A DNA stretch of 64,000 nucleotides, taken from Eledone cirrhosa. Taxonomy: Eukaryota. A program made the translations under genes and the position numbers. The notes below the pieces were generated by a model. It did no database searches and was not told the origin of the DNA. It saw only the letters and a list, made by a program, of their open reading frames with translations. The stretch lies in assembly GCA_964016885.1 (NCBI GenBank), contig OZ024740.1, positions 162,564,001-162,628,000 of the forward strand. The letters run 5' to 3'. Within the stretch, counting starts at the first letter, position 1; each line of letters begins with the position of its first letter. Below, one piece after another: positions 1 through 14,520 of this stretch.

Positions 1-1144
1 GCCTCGGGTTGGTGCGAACAACGGCTAAAAAAAGTCGTTGGGACACGTAAATAAAGGGGGACGCCAGAGTAACAACAAAAAAGTTTTAGCAACGGAAAGT
101 GAGTAGAAATAGACAAGTCCCAGATCTCTATGAATATAAACTCTGTGAAATCGTGAACAAGAGACAAAAGATCATCAAACCTGGTTGAAATGTGAGCAAG
201 GAAAGAATTTCGCCAAAGTTTGACGGGGGGGAAAAGAGAGAGAGAAAGGGGAGAGAAGAAGAAGAAGAAGAAGAAGAAGAAGAAGAAGAAGAAGAAGAAG
301 AAGAAGAAGAAGAAGAAGAAGAAGAAGAAGAAGAAGAAGATAAAGGGGTCTGGTCTACGAATTCGGTAAACGCAAGTTTTGTGAAGTCGCAGACGAAAGA
401 GGGAGAGAAAAAAATTCCATACCAGCTCGGTCAAGACCGCGCGAGAAAAGAATTACACACAGGTCAAACTTGAAGGAGGAGGAGGAAAGAGGAGGAGGAG
501 AGGTAGTGACAGAGAATGAGTGAGTGAAAGTTGAGGAGGAGGCTAACAGAGAGAGAGAGACTGCTAGAAGGGGTAAAGATACAAACGAAACACGAAAGGC
601 AGCATGGAAAAAATATATGTGTAAATATGATAATAATGGAGCTGCGGCGTTGCAAATGGGATACATATGAAAAAGTGAGTCCTTCATCAGTGACCCTCCA
701 ACCGTCCTGGCCATTTCATCGCTTTAAGGGCCATATGCCTCGGGTTGGTTCTTCTTCTTCTTCTTCTTCCTCTTCTCTCCCTTTTCTCTCTCTCTTTTTT
801 CCCCCCCGTCAAACTTTGGCGAAATTCTTTCCTTGCTCACATTTCAACCAGGTTTGATGGTCTTTTGTCTCTTGTTCACGATTTCACAGAGTTTATATTC
901 ATAGAGATCTGGGACTTGTCTATTTCTACTCACGTTCCGTTGCTAAAACTTTTTTGTTGTTACTCTGGCGTCCCCCTTTATTTACGTGTCCCAACGACTT
1001 TTTTTAGCCGTTGTTCGCACCAACCCGAGGCATATGGCCCTTAAAGCGATGAAATGCCCAGGACGGTTGGAGGGTCACTGATGAAGGACTCACTTTTTCA
1101 TATGTATCCCATTTACAACGCCGCAGCTCCATTATTATCATATT

Positions 1145-1148
<4 letters not shown>
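1..1148. repeat. Nested inverted-repeat module (PLE pLTR-like foldback), truncated by the window start
   Basis: 1-~270 is the reverse complement of ~750-1031, and ~618-749 is the reverse complement of ~1019-1148, with few mismatches. The module ends in (TA)n. Confidence 0.85.
254..339 (+). repeat. (GAA)n microsatellite
   Basis: Pure GAA run that explains the poly-E ORF 192..473. Confidence 0.95.
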
Positions 1149-1199
<51 letters not shown>

Positions 1200-1212
1200 G
1201 TGTGGAAATAGG

Positions 1213-1293
1213 GCTGTCTGAAGATTCATTTCTTTCCATTGGAAATTCTCTGAATTTCCAATCTTTCGGAATGATGAAACCGTCGGTAACAGC
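1213..1293 (+). ncRNA. Type I hammerhead ribozyme
   Basis: gctgt-CTGAAGA-stem II (tcatttc/ggaatga, with internal hairpin ttggaaattc/gaatttccaa)-GAAAC-cgtcg-GTA-acagc. Stem I is gctgt/acagc and the cleavage triplet is GUA. Confidence 0.8.
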
Positions 1294-1644
1294 GTCTGAA
1301 CAGGTGATTATTTAATCATTTTTTAATTTATTTAGAGAATTGTTTAATAACCGCTTGCTTCGCTACTTTATATATATATATATATATATATATAAATGAA
1401 AATATAGAAATTATTGTGAGCAAGAAGCCAACAGTATTTCATAATATATATAAGTGACTATAACGTCAAAATGGAAAATAATTAACGTAAGATATGGGAA
1501 AATAATTCAAACTCAATTTTAAAAAAATCAAGACAAAGATTTTATCCACAGATTTTGTGAAATCCAGGGAAAAACCCATAGAGTCTTAACTCAGAATAAA
1601 ATAAAGCTTAAATACTCATACTTCAATTTGGAAAAACTACAAAT

Positions 1645-1725
1645 GCTCTATATAGTCTTAAAAAGACTATTTCACGAAACTTTTCAGTGGGGATGGTCAC
1701 GGTTGGAATCGTTCATCAGTGGAGC
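1645..1725 (-). ncRNA. Type I hammerhead ribozyme, tandem unit 1 (one stem I mismatch)
   Basis: Minus strand: gctcca-CTGATGA-acga...tcgt-GAAA-tagtct..agacta-TA-tagagc. Triplet AUA. Confidence 0.75.
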
Positions 1726-2028
1726 TCAAACACGATAACCTAAAAAGCCACTGCCAAAATATGCCAAAAAGGGATTTTAAAAGCAGGCCAGTTCACCTCA
1801 TGCGGAATTATAAAAATAAAAACACATGGAGAGACATGGCTGGTGACGTCAGAATAAGACGAATGTCTATTTAAAAGAAACAGCCATCAAAAACATTCCG
1901 AAAAAACTTGTAAGGAGTTCAGCAAAATAGCAATATTATCGCGGTCTTCATTAAAAAAGAGACCGAGATTAGTCACAAATAATTTTAAGCACTCTAGGAA
2001 AAATTCCGAGTATAAATATAGTTTCTGA

Positions 2029-2080
<52 letters not shown>

Positions 2081-2091
2081 ATGTGTATATG

Positions 2092-2241
<150 letters not shown>

Positions 2242-2789
2242 CACATACACACATACACACTCAACACACACATATAGTTTCTGAATATATATGAGGGTGA
2301 CTTTGGACATCCTGCAGGACTAAAAACAAAACCTGTCAAAGGGCAAAGGAGTTCTTAAGAGTCAATGGCCATCCAAAATCACCGGGAGAGATGACCCCTT
2401 AGCCTTTGTCAAGGCAGAATTCTAGGAGAAGGAAAACTCTGATATAACACCTGCAACCCTGATGGTATCCAATGATGTTGACTTGTTCTTCTTTTTGGTA
2501 AATATCATCTTGGTTAAGAGAGTGGGACTGGCTTTGTGCAGTGCCTTTGCTCACTATAAAAGCTTCACGGCACAGGCATTGCTTTATATCTGGAGATCTC
2601 TCTGCACTTGTCGTCACATGGTACCATGGGCCCAGCACTATGTGTCAATAATTGTCACAAGTGTAGTGTTTGTAACAGAGTTTTCAAGTCGCTGGCTGGA
2701 CTAAAAAGTCACACTCGTTCAGCGCATCGCTAGGGTTCTCCTACGTGGATATAAAGTAGTGGCCGTACTCGAAAACGAGTTGGCAGCCA

Positions 2790-2835
<46 letters not shown>

Positions 2836-3082
2836 GAAAATATAGAAATTATTGTGAGCAAGAAGCCAACAGTATTTCATAATATATATAAGTGACTATA
2901 ACGTCAAAATGGAAAATAATTAACGTAAGATATGGGAAAATAATTCAAACTCAATTTAAAAAAAATCAAGACAAAGATTTTATCCACAGATTTTGTGAAA
3001 TCCAGGGAAAAACCCATAGAGTCTTAACTCAGAATAAAATAAAGCTTAAATACTCATACTTCAATTTGGAAAAACTACAAAT

Positions 3083-3163
3083 GCTCTATATAGTCTTAAA
3101 AAGACTATTTCACGAAACTTTTCAGTGGGGATGGTCACGGTTGGAATCGTTCATCAGTAGAGC
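3083..3163 (-). ncRNA. Type I hammerhead ribozyme, tandem unit 2
   Basis: Minus strand: gctcta-CTGATGA-acga...tcgt-GAAA-tagtct/agacta-TA-tagagc. Perfect 6-bp stem I, 4-bp stem II base and 7-bp stem III. Confidence 0.85.
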
Positions 3164-3466
3164 TCAAACACGATAACCTAAAAAGCCACTGCCAAAATAT
3201 GCCAAAAAGGGATTTTAAAAGCAGGCCAGTTCACCTCATGCGGAATTATAAAAATAAAAACACATGGAGAGACATGGCTGGTGACGTCAGAATAAGACGA
3301 ATGTCTATTTAAAAGAAACAGCCATCAAAAACATTCCGAAAAAACTTGTAAGGAGTTCAGCAAAATAGCAATATTATCGCGGTCTTCATTAAAAAAGAGA
3401 CCGAGATTAGTCACAAATAATTTTAAGCACTCTAGGAAAAATTCCGAGTATAAATATAGTTTCTGA

Positions 3467-3518
<52 letters not shown>

Positions 3519-3529
3519 ATGTGTATATG

Positions 3530-3647
<118 letters not shown>

Positions 3648-4195
3648 CACATACACACATACACACTCAACACACACATATAGTTTCTGAATATATATGA
3701 GGGTGACTTTGGACATCCTGCAGGACTAAAAACAAAACCTGTCAAAGGGCAAAGGAGTTCTTAAGAGTCAATGGCCATCCAAAATCACCGGGAGAGATGA
3801 CCCCTTAGCCTTTGTCAAGGCAGAATTCTAGGAGAAGGAAAACTCTGATATAACACCTGCAACCCTGATGGTATCCAATGATGTTGACTTGTTCTTCTTT
3901 TTGGTAAATATCATCTTGGTTAAGAGAGTGGGACTGGCTTTGTGCAGTGCCTTTGCTCACTATAAAAGCTTCACGGCACAGGCATTGCTTTATATCTGGA
4001 GATCTCTCTGCACTTGTCGTCACATGGTACCATGGGCCCAGCACTATGTGTCAATAATTGTCACAAGTGTAGTGTTTGTAACAGAGTTTTCAAGTCGCTG
4101 GCTGGACTAAAAAGTCACACTCGTTCAGCGCATCGCTAGGGTTCTCCTACGTGGATATAAAGTAGTGGCCGTACTCGAAAACGAGTTGGCAGCCA

Positions 4196-4245
<50 letters not shown>

Positions 4246-4492
4246 GAAAATATAGAAATTATTGTGAGCAAGAAGCCAACAGTATTTCATAATATATATA
4301 AGTGACTATAACGTCAAAATGGAAAATAATTAACGTAAGATATGGGAAAATAATTCAAACTCAATTTAAAAAAAATCAAGACAAAGATTTTATCCACAGA
4401 TTTTGTGAAATCCAGGGAAAAACCCATAGAGTCTTAACTCAGAATAAAATAAAGCTTAAATACTCATACTTCAATTTGGAAAAACTACAAAT

Positions 4493-4573
4493 GCTCTATA
4501 TAGTCTTAAAAAGACTATTTCACGAAACTTTTCAGTGGGGATGGTCACGGTTGGAATCGTTCATCAGTAGAGC
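4493..4573 (-). ncRNA. Type I hammerhead ribozyme, tandem unit 3
   Basis: Same motif as 3083-3163. Confidence 0.85.
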
Positions 4574-4876
4574 TCAAACACGATAACCTAAAAAGCCACT
4601 GCCAAAATATGCCAAAAAGGGATTTTAAAAGCAGGCCAGTTCACCTCATGCGGAATTATAAAAATAAAAACACATGGAGAGACATGGCTGGTGACGTCAG
4701 AATAAGACGAATGTCTATTTAAAAGAAACAGCCATCAAAAACATTCCGAAAAAACTTGTAAGGAGTTCAGCAAAATAGCAATATTATCGCGGTCTTCATT
4801 AAAAAAGAGACCGAGATTAGTCACAAATAATTTTAAGCACTCTAGGAAAAATTCCGAGTATAAATATAGTTTCTGA

Positions 4877-4912
<36 letters not shown>

Positions 4913-4933
4913 GTGTGTGTGTATGTGTATATG

Positions 4934-4997
<64 letters not shown>

Positions 4998-5541
4998 TAC
5001 ACACATACACACTCAACACACACATATAGTTTCTGAATATATATGAGGGTGACTTTGGACATCCTGCAGGACTAAAAACAAAACCTGTCAAAGGGCAAAG
5101 GAGTTCTTAAGAGTCAATGGCCATCCAAAATCACCGGGAGAGATGACCCCTTAGCCTTTGTCAAGGCAGAATTCTAGGAGAAGGAAAACTCTGATATAAC
5201 ACCTGCAACCCTGATGGTATCCAATGATGTTGACTTGTTCTTCTTTTTGGTAAATATCATCTTGGTTAAGAGAGTGGGACTGGCTTTGTGCAGTGCCTTT
5301 GCTCACTATAAAAGCTTCACGGCACAGGCATTGCTTTATATCTGGGGATCTCTCTGCACTTGTCGTCACATGGTACCATGGGCCCAGCACTATGTGTCAA
5401 TAATTGTCACAAGTGTAGTGTTTGTAACAGAGTTTTCAAGTCGCTGGCTGGACTAAAATGTCACACTCGTTCAGCGCATCGCTAGAGTTCTCCTACATGG
5501 ATATAAAGTAGTGGCCGTACTCGAAAACGAGTTGGCAGCCA

Positions 5542-5614
<73 letters not shown>

Positions 5615-5818
5615 GAACGACAAATATATATATGAAGTGCATACGCCACATTGCAAATATACACATTATTAGCACTCTGAAACAGGTTTTTTTCGATAAC
5701 ATGCATACACTACCTCATTAAGTGAGTAATGTGAGTAAACGAGAACATAGCTAATACTATAACCTCGTCAGTATATATATATATGTGTGTGTGTGTTGAG
5801 TGTGTATGTGTGTATGTG

Positions 5819-6625
<807 letters not shown>

Positions 6626-6699
6626 TATATATACTTGGGGTGGGTCATATTTGTGTAATAATATTGCCAGAATTAATAACAGAACACACTCACAGTTTC

Positions 6700-6751
<52 letters not shown>

Positions 6752-6924
6752 GACTCCTGCCCTCACGCTACTTGGGGTGAGCCCGAATACCACAACTGTT
6801 ATTTCAAACTAACAAGAAATGTCTCAATACTATTATATGAAGCTGTTAGATTAATTCAACTTTTTTTATTACTATCCCTGCAAACGAAAGAAGCTTGTCA
6901 ACCTTGAACAGGATTTGATCATTC

Positions 6925-7045
6925 TTGAAATGCTCATTATTGTCTTTATTGTCGCGTATTTCCACCGAGAAACAGATATTCATCGATTTAGAACGACAAA
7001 AATATTTACACCACAAGATATTGGAGAAATTTGCTATAAAGCCAA
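6925..7045 (+). pseudogene. Possible hAT transposase C-terminal dimerisation-domain remnant
   Basis: LSLLSRISTEKQIFIDLE...KILEKFAIK resembles the hAT C-terminal L..LSIE.......IIDKFA.K pattern. Short and degenerate. Confidence 0.35.
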
Positions 7046-8589
7046 TGTACTTGGCAGTTGTGTCAAATAACGTGTTTATTTCTTATAAAAAAATATATAT
7101 TTTTTTAACATTGAAAGAGATAGAAGACTAAACAATGTAAAATGGACTGTAAGATGAGGTAACGAAAAGTAAAAGTAAGTTACCTGGTAATCTTTGTTTT
7201 GTTTTTTCTTGTTATTGTTCTTTTTTCTGTCCAATATTTCGGGACCTAAATATATTTTTATTATTTAATGTACTAGTTCTAGTTCCATGTAAATGATTTT
7301 TTATTTTATTATAGGAAAGTATTTTAAATGGTTTTATTATAGATATGCATTAGAAATTAAGATAGAAATCTGTTATTTCTATTAGTCTTCACCACACTAC
7401 GAAATTATGACTATAACTCGCTCTATTCTTGTTTGTTAAATAAATGTAAATAAACTATATGTCATGTAAGATTGCCGACATATTCAAAACATCTAAATCA
7501 ACCGCTGAGCATAATTTACACAAAATGTCTTTTGTTTATAAAACATCATGTTTAAGGCATTGATCAGATGAGTTATCAATCCCATCAGCCCTGCTGTGGC
7601 CACTTTATATCAAAATATTCTATGGATAAAATGAAATCATAGAATTGTCCTTAGCACAATGAACATAAGTATAGTTAGATTAGATTATATTTCAGATGCT
7701 TAAATTCCATTAAACATGGTATTTTAAATCATGTTTACTCGATATTTTATTTTTATTCTACTAAGCCCGAGAAACATTCATGAGTTGGAGTACACACATG
7801 TATGTATGTATGTATGTATGTATGTATGTATGTATTATGTATGTATGTATGTATGTATGTATCTATTATGTATGTATGAATGATAGTACTAAACTCTATT
7901 TCGAATAAAACCACATTCTTACTGCAACCATTTTATTGTAACATGTCCCCTTAGATGATTACCTACCCCTGACCTTAGGTTCATTTGTTTATGACAGATG
8001 GGGCACGGAATTTAGTCAAGGACATCGTCAATAGGAGCTGCGTACTTATGCATTCATCCAGGGATCCCTCTATATACATACTTGCCACAGTGCACGAAAA
8101 TCCGTTATAACAAGTCTACCAGAAGAAATATATCTAGTTCTACATATGGCTCACATTGAACATGTGTAAACATCACCTTAGTTTTCTTCAGGGTTACTGT
8201 AAGTTCAAAAACAGTGCATGTTCTGGTGATCTATTATTTTCTGAATATCTTTTTCCGAGTGAGACACATGGTCATAATCATCAACGTAAAACCTATCGAG
8301 AATTAAATCTAGAGGAGTCTTCAATTTAGGTTTTAAATGATTCGGATTAAATAATTTAAGGTACCTAATTCACAATCTTGAAAAGTATGGGCAATTACAA
8401 CTGTAGCGTATGAAATACGAAAGTAAGTTCTTTCTCCAATAATCCAAATTCCGCCATACTTTGATCCAAATCGGTTACACATGACAGAATATTTCTGTAT
8501 AGCAATTTTATATTACGAACACTTAATGAGTTATTGACGTTTTTGTTGTTTCAATAGGTGTTTAGTCCTAGGTGAGCCGAGGGATGGAG

Positions 8590-8910
8590 CATAGACAAAT
8601 GGTTAAGAAGTACGTTTCACAGTCATATAGTTTCAGGTTTGATCCCACTATGTGGCATCTTGGATAATTATTTTACCACAGCCTCGCGTCGACCAAATTC
8701 TTGTGAGTGGCATTAAATAGACAGAAACTCGGATGATCTGTATCAGTAATTTAAAGAGCCAGCCTTGTCACCCTGTGCCCCGAATGTCCCTGACAATTAT
8801 GCTAAAGGAATACGTGTCTAAGGAACATTGAGCTACTTACACGTTAATTTAACTCGTGAGCATTTCCGTTGATTTAACAACCAGAACACTCATCGTCGAA
8901 ACCGATGGAA
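8590..8910 (+). mobile_element. tRNA-derived SINE (degenerate)
   Basis: tggttaagaag...caggtttgatccc tRNA-like head. The body is shared with ~21390-21550 and ~23600-23845 (ttacacgttaattt...gaacactcatcgtcgaaaccga). Confidence 0.6.
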
Positions 8911-9371
8911 GCATATTTACTATTACTGGGGTCGATATATAATCGACAAAAAGACTTGAAATCGGTTCTCTAGCATGGATGGAGTTTTAGTTAAATAAAA
9001 ATTGCAACAACTGAAGCCATTATAAGAATGAAATAATGTATTTCATATGAATCAACTAAATGTGCATGCATATTTAACATTGCAAATATCTATTTGTGGA
9101 ATTTGCATCTTAAATCTTTGGCTATGTACTTATTTCATGAACACAAAAACCTATAATTTGGATCAGATCTCCCAGAAAGGAATGTTGCCAGATAAGTTTT
9201 ATTTTACAAAATCATGCGAAAATTATCCTTAAATATGATCAGATATATACAAAAATCTGACATTTCATCTCAAAAATATCAGACCACCCACGAAGATTCA
9301 AATTAATCAGATGTGGGTGGCCACATACTTTACTGTGAATCAAATATAAAAAAAAATAACGAATTAATTAC

Positions 9372-9585
9372 AATGGTTTCTAATTTAAGCACAAGGCCAG
9401 CATATATCTGAGGTGGGGTAGTCGATTAAATTGACCCAGTATGTAGCTGGTACCTTATTTTATCGACCCCAGAAAGATAAAAGACGAGATCGACCTCGGC
9501 AGATTTTTAACTCAGATCGTAGGAGGTCGTAACTAAATACCATAAATTATTTTGTCCGGCGAGCTACTGATACAGCCATTCCTTA
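9372..9585 (-). mobile_element. tRNA-derived SINE (major family)
   Basis: gcacaaggccagca...gtcgattaaattgaccc...ttattttatcgacccc...gacctcggc, shared with many other copies in the window. Confidence 0.8.
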
Positions 9586-12101
9586 GCCTTAGAAGTAGTT
9601 ATAATAATAATATATGGGAGAGGTGGTGATTTTAATGTGGTAGATTAAAATTGATGTCTGAAAACAGATTGTAGAAATAAAAATGATAGAGAGAGTGGAG
9701 AGACAGACAGACAGAGTTTGTGTGAGAAAGGGAGCCATAATCAGTTCTAGATTGTGGCAGAAAGAGAAAGGGTGTTTCAGAGAATGAGAAACAGCGAGAG
9801 AGAGAGAGACGGCGAGAGAGAGAGGGGGGAGAAGGGACAGAAAGAGAGAATTAATTAGTTAGAGACTAGGAGACAGTTGTAGAGAACAATCGAGAGAGAT
9901 GGTACGGTACATTAGTTGGGTGAAAAAGTGCCCCCCTTCTACAATCTACACATTTTCCCGATCAGTTCTAAACTCTCTTCATTTCCCGTGAATCTTTTTT
10001 AGACGAGACAAAAACAAAGTCTTAGAAAGAAGTCACAGGATGTACTTCGTTAATGATGTAGTGGTGTGATGGGAGGAAAGGGATTCCAACTTTGGTTGGC
10101 TGGATCGGAAATTGTTTGCGAAATACGAGATTCTAAGGAGGGGGGAAAATATGACAATGAATAAAACCGCAAATTACACACCACACACCACACACACATT
10201 CACAAACATACATACATACACATCACATACATACACAGACAAATAAACATAAACACACAAACAAAAATGTATAGTTTTTGTTAAAGTTACTGAACGGAGA
10301 AATAAATCCCTGGGTGAAGTTTCTGATGAAGACATTACTACAACAACAACAATAACAATAGTAAAAACAACAACAACAACACTAAGCAAAACAGAAAAAA
10401 TCAAAACAAAAACAACTACAGTTAAAGTCTCAGTATTTCATAAAGTGACTTCGTGTAAGCAAGAAAGTATTGAAATTTCAATTCTGAAAATAAAATTGGC
10501 AAAAACCTGCCTTTTTTGGAATTTTTAGGAAGTAGGGAAAAATAATTAAGTAAAACAAATGGCGACCAAAACTAAAAAACAAAAGCGATAAATTCAAGAA
10601 GAGAATAAATACGAATATTTTTATTTACTTTGTTCCCTCTTGCTTTTTTTTTAAATTTATTTTCTAACAAGGTTTCTCTGGGTGGTCCTTGGTGTAAGTT
10701 GTGTTATTTCAAGAGCGAAAAAAAGTCGGAGGCATCTGACTAGATGTTGTCTTCTCTATGAGAAAGAATGAAACAATTACTAAAAATATATCAACAATCT
10801 GTTAGTCCCATAAACTTGAGTCGTTGACTTCGTGTCCATGTTATCGTTGTTGTTCTTGTTGTTTAGCCCCAGGTAGGCTCTACTTGAGTAATCCTATGAT
10901 TAAAAGCATTCCACACAATAAACTATCCCATATTTTTTCAATTGCTATGTATCTAATACTAATTGCACTCACCATTTAAAATAAAGAATGCTACAGTGTA
11001 TGACGTAGTTCTTGGTGTACGAAAAGATGCAATGGTCACATCTAGAACACCTCTCAGCATAGGGTCATGGCTATCATGGGGCTAATGGCTAACAAAAACT
11101 AAAGGGCAACATTACACAATGGTGCTCGCTGGATGATGATGATGGTGATAATAGTGGCGGTGCTGGTGGTGGTGAGGAGAAGAAGGAAGAGGAGGAGGCA
11201 TGTTAAGTCATTAAAATGCATGCTATTGTTTATTTCCAAATTATAATATATTTTCACCGGAGAGGCCACGGCTTGGATGATTCCGATAATAGACCTGTTC
11301 GACTGATGTTAACATGTGACTAAACACCACCACCACAAACACCGCCACAAGCACCACCACAACCACCACAACCACCACCACCATCTCTACCATAACCACC
11401 ACAACCACCACCACCATCTAACCATCCTCATTTTATGCCCACTTTCCACCCTGGCATGTATTGGACGAGTTGTCACAGTCCGAGACTAGACATTTGATGA
11501 ATTTTGCCACAGTAAGGACATTAAATACTTTTTATTAAAAATATAGTCCTCGTTGTTAAAGGGCTAAAACTAAAAAGCCCAGCAGAGGGCACAAATAAAT
11601 TACTACGACCGTTGCTGTTTGGGCCCCACACTGCGGGACGCCCGAGTTAATTTCCCCCTTTTCCCCCATTAAATCCAGCCCTGATTCTTATGATTGCAAA
11701 GCAAACGTTTTTTTATTATTCAGCCATGTTTACGTGTATGCACATAAAATAAAAAAATCACATATAATCATACACCCAAGAAAAAATAGATACTTTTGCA
11801 TGCTCGCACACACATACACAAAACAATATCACACACAAATACTCGCGCATACGCACGCACACATTCGCATACACAACAACAACAATAACAACAATAATAA
11901 CTTGATATCCGACAGCAGTAGAAATGTGAAAGAAATGAATAAAGCTTAACTTTAGTGCCTTTTGATTTCAGTCACATATATACTAACAACATTTTGGAAT
12001 TTTTGTACTTAACACTATATATGACCTTTGAACTTCGACATTTTCTCCCTGTTTTATTAGGGTGATTGCTAGCAAATAAAATTAGCTGTATTTAAGACTG
12101 G

Positions 12102-12166
<65 letters not shown>

Positions 12167-12533
12167 GGGGGGACTATGAAAGAACTGATATAACTATGAA
12201 TAACCGAATAAAGGCTGATACAAGAATTTGACGAGTCAAGTCGCAATTTATATCCAATAATAATCTAAAAAGATGTATGTTGTTAGTATGTCGTGAACTG
12301 AACAAAAATATCGTACGTTTAGTATAAGTCCTGTCTGGAAAGTTCAATATTTTTCTCTCCTCCATATCACACTAGTGCAGGGAACTAGCAAAGTCGTTAG
12401 AACGTCAAAGAGATTACTTTATGCTATTCGTTCAGGCTCTCTGCACTCTGAGTTCAAACCCATTGTAGTCAACTTTGTCTTTCATTCTATCGGGTTCGAC
12501 AAAAGAAGTGTCAGTTCAGTACTGGGGTTTATA

Positions 12534-12639
12534 CAGGGTGTATCAAAAAACAAAAAATGTATACACACTTCAACAGCATTCTAATAAATATTGCTTGTAC
12601 AGGTAATCAAAATGTGTATACATTGTTGGGGACACCCTG
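12534..12639. mobile_element. ~105 bp Tc1/mariner-type MITE
   Basis: TA|CAGGGTGT...ACACCCTG|TA termini with extended imperfect TIRs (aatgtatacaca/tgtgtatacatt). Related copies at 19732 and ~50008. Confidence 0.75.
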
Positions 12640-12721
<82 letters not shown>

Positions 12722-12723
<2 letters not shown>

Positions 12724-13380
12724 TAGTTATAGGAATAACCAAAGAGTGCTTAGAAATACATTGTTTTATTGGCTAACAGTGTTTCATCCATACCCCATGG
12801 CAGGAATCATCAGACCCTATAAACAAGAGTATATCAATAGTTGCATGCTGCATCAAGCTGCATCACCAGAACAAGGTTAAAGGACCAGCAGAGGGTCCCG
12901 AGGCCAGCGCTATATGGAAAAAGACAGAATACATGATGCACATAATGTCATAAAACGTCTTTAAAAATTACATCAAAAATTAAAAATTAAAAATTAAAAA
13001 TTACACCAAAATTACAACTTAAATGGTGCAATAGATGATAAAGAGGTTGGGAGAGGGTAGCAAGGGATGAGTGAGGGTATTACTCAGCATGATCAGAAAC
13101 AATTTTAAAAAAGTACAAAAATACAGGGATAACAAAAGAGATAAGTATAAAAATACAAAACAATAAAGGAACAAAAAGCCAGAAAACCCCCAAAAATATA
13201 AAACAAAGCAAAGCATAGATACATCAAAGCACAAGCAGTGCAAAAACAGGGTGTACAGGCAGATTAAGAGAGTTTGCAAGCATGAGTCTGTGAGAAGAAT
13301 AGTTAGTTAGCAGTGGTGCAGCCTTACATGTATGATAGTCCATATGAGGGATGGTTTCCTGATGATCTTTACTACTCATT
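12722..13380 (-). mobile_element. 3' end/pLTR of a Penelope-like element
   Basis: On the minus strand, a pyrimidine-rich UTR with an HHR near its 3' end runs into (TA)n at 12640-12719. Confidence 0.5.
12771..12817 (-). ncRNA. Minimal type I hammerhead motif (imperfect stem I)
   Basis: Minus strand: gggt-CTGATGA-t-tcc...gga-t-GAAAC-act-GTT-agcc. Confidence 0.55.
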
Positions 13381-13381
13381 T

Positions 13382-14520
13382 GTAGTACAGATCATTTTCT
13401 AGGTTGAGAGTAACGTCCAGGAAATTTACTTGGGTTAGGGGCGTTTGTAGGGTGATTTAAAATCCCCAGTCCCGGAAAAAGTTGATGAGTTGTTTACGGA
13501 CCCGGTCTGTACTACTGGGGTTGTACCCTTTGAGGGTAAGGAGCCCATCGTCTCGTTACAATCCACCGCCGAATGCGGGAAACATTTCGGTGAGTTTAAA
13601 TAGTAGGAATAATCCTATAAGATCGGTGACCTCGGCCGAATCGACCGCGCCCATGGTGACGTCGAAGGGGGAGTCGGGAGCTCTCTTTATCCACTTGGAG
13701 TTGTCAAAAAGTAAGACTGTCTTCCTGGCGTGAAGGACGATATTTCCTTCCTGGTCGGTGAATCGACCGCGCCCATGGTGACGTTGAAGGGGGAGTCGGG
13801 AGCTCTCTTTATCCACTTGGAGTTGTCAAAAAGTAGGACTGTCTTCCTGGCGTGAAGGACGATATTTCCTTCCTGGCCGTAAGGAGCGGTAAGGTAATAG
13901 ATGCATAGTAACTCTCTATGTCAAACTGGATGAATTTTGTGTCCCGTTTGTCCTCAATATCCTGAACCATGAGATTACTTCCTGGGTGTTAACCCATAGG
14001 CTAAGTCTCGCGTTTCGCTTAACTTTTGGTATAACGCGGTCTAGGGTGTTTTTACTGATTCTCCCTATGTCCGACTTCGTCGGGTTTATAAGCCTGATGG
14101 ATGGTTTGCGGTCGAAGTCGGATTTGTGGTCCTTCAGTGTGAAGTAGGGAGTCCGTGGGTCGAGGGGTTCAGTGTGGTCTGCGACCCCAAAGCTAGAGGT
14201 AATTTGTTGTCTCTCTAGATTTATGTCCTCGATAATTGAGTGGTTAGCTTTTTTATAGGTGGAGCTTAGGCTGCTCCTGATCGAGTGCACCAGGATGTCA
14301 TCGGTGCTTTCATACTCCGTTATTTTGCTACGGAGTTGTTGTAGGAATCAAATGGGTTTGAATTTAATACCCTTGACCAGTTGAAAAAGGTTGTTCTCGA
14401 TGGGTGAGAGCATAGGGTTTGGTGGCGGAGATTTGTAGGTAATGAATCCGAATTTCTGCTTGGTGTCGAAGTCCTGGTTGTTGCGGTATCTATCATAGAA
14501 AAGAGTTCTCCATCGGTGAC
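13382..14520 (-). pseudogene. Penelope-like element: N-terminal region and RT palm, disrupted
   Basis: Minus-strand peptides RWRTFLYD..QKFGFITYKSPPPNP, YFTLKDHK..PSIRLINPTKSDIGRISK, FIQFDIESYYASI (motif A), FDVTMGAVDSAEVTDLIG (motif B) and *RDDG. Internal ~120 bp tandem duplication at ~13641-13877. Confidence 0.9.

Noticed and set aside
1072-1130. CTGATGA as a hammerhead core
   Set aside because: No correctly placed GAAA with stems II and III.
2690-2790. Possible hammerhead in block B (minus-strand CTGAACGA; actcgaaaacgagt hairpin)
   Set aside because: Could not build consistent stems I-III on either strand.
5680-5775. Minus-strand CTGACGA next to a TA tract
   Set aside because: No GAAA closing a stem II.
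7985-8205. Splice-acceptor and donor-like signals (gacag ... ttcttcag GGTTACT gtaagt)
   Set aside because: Stops in all frames and no homology. Cannot be supported without RNA data.
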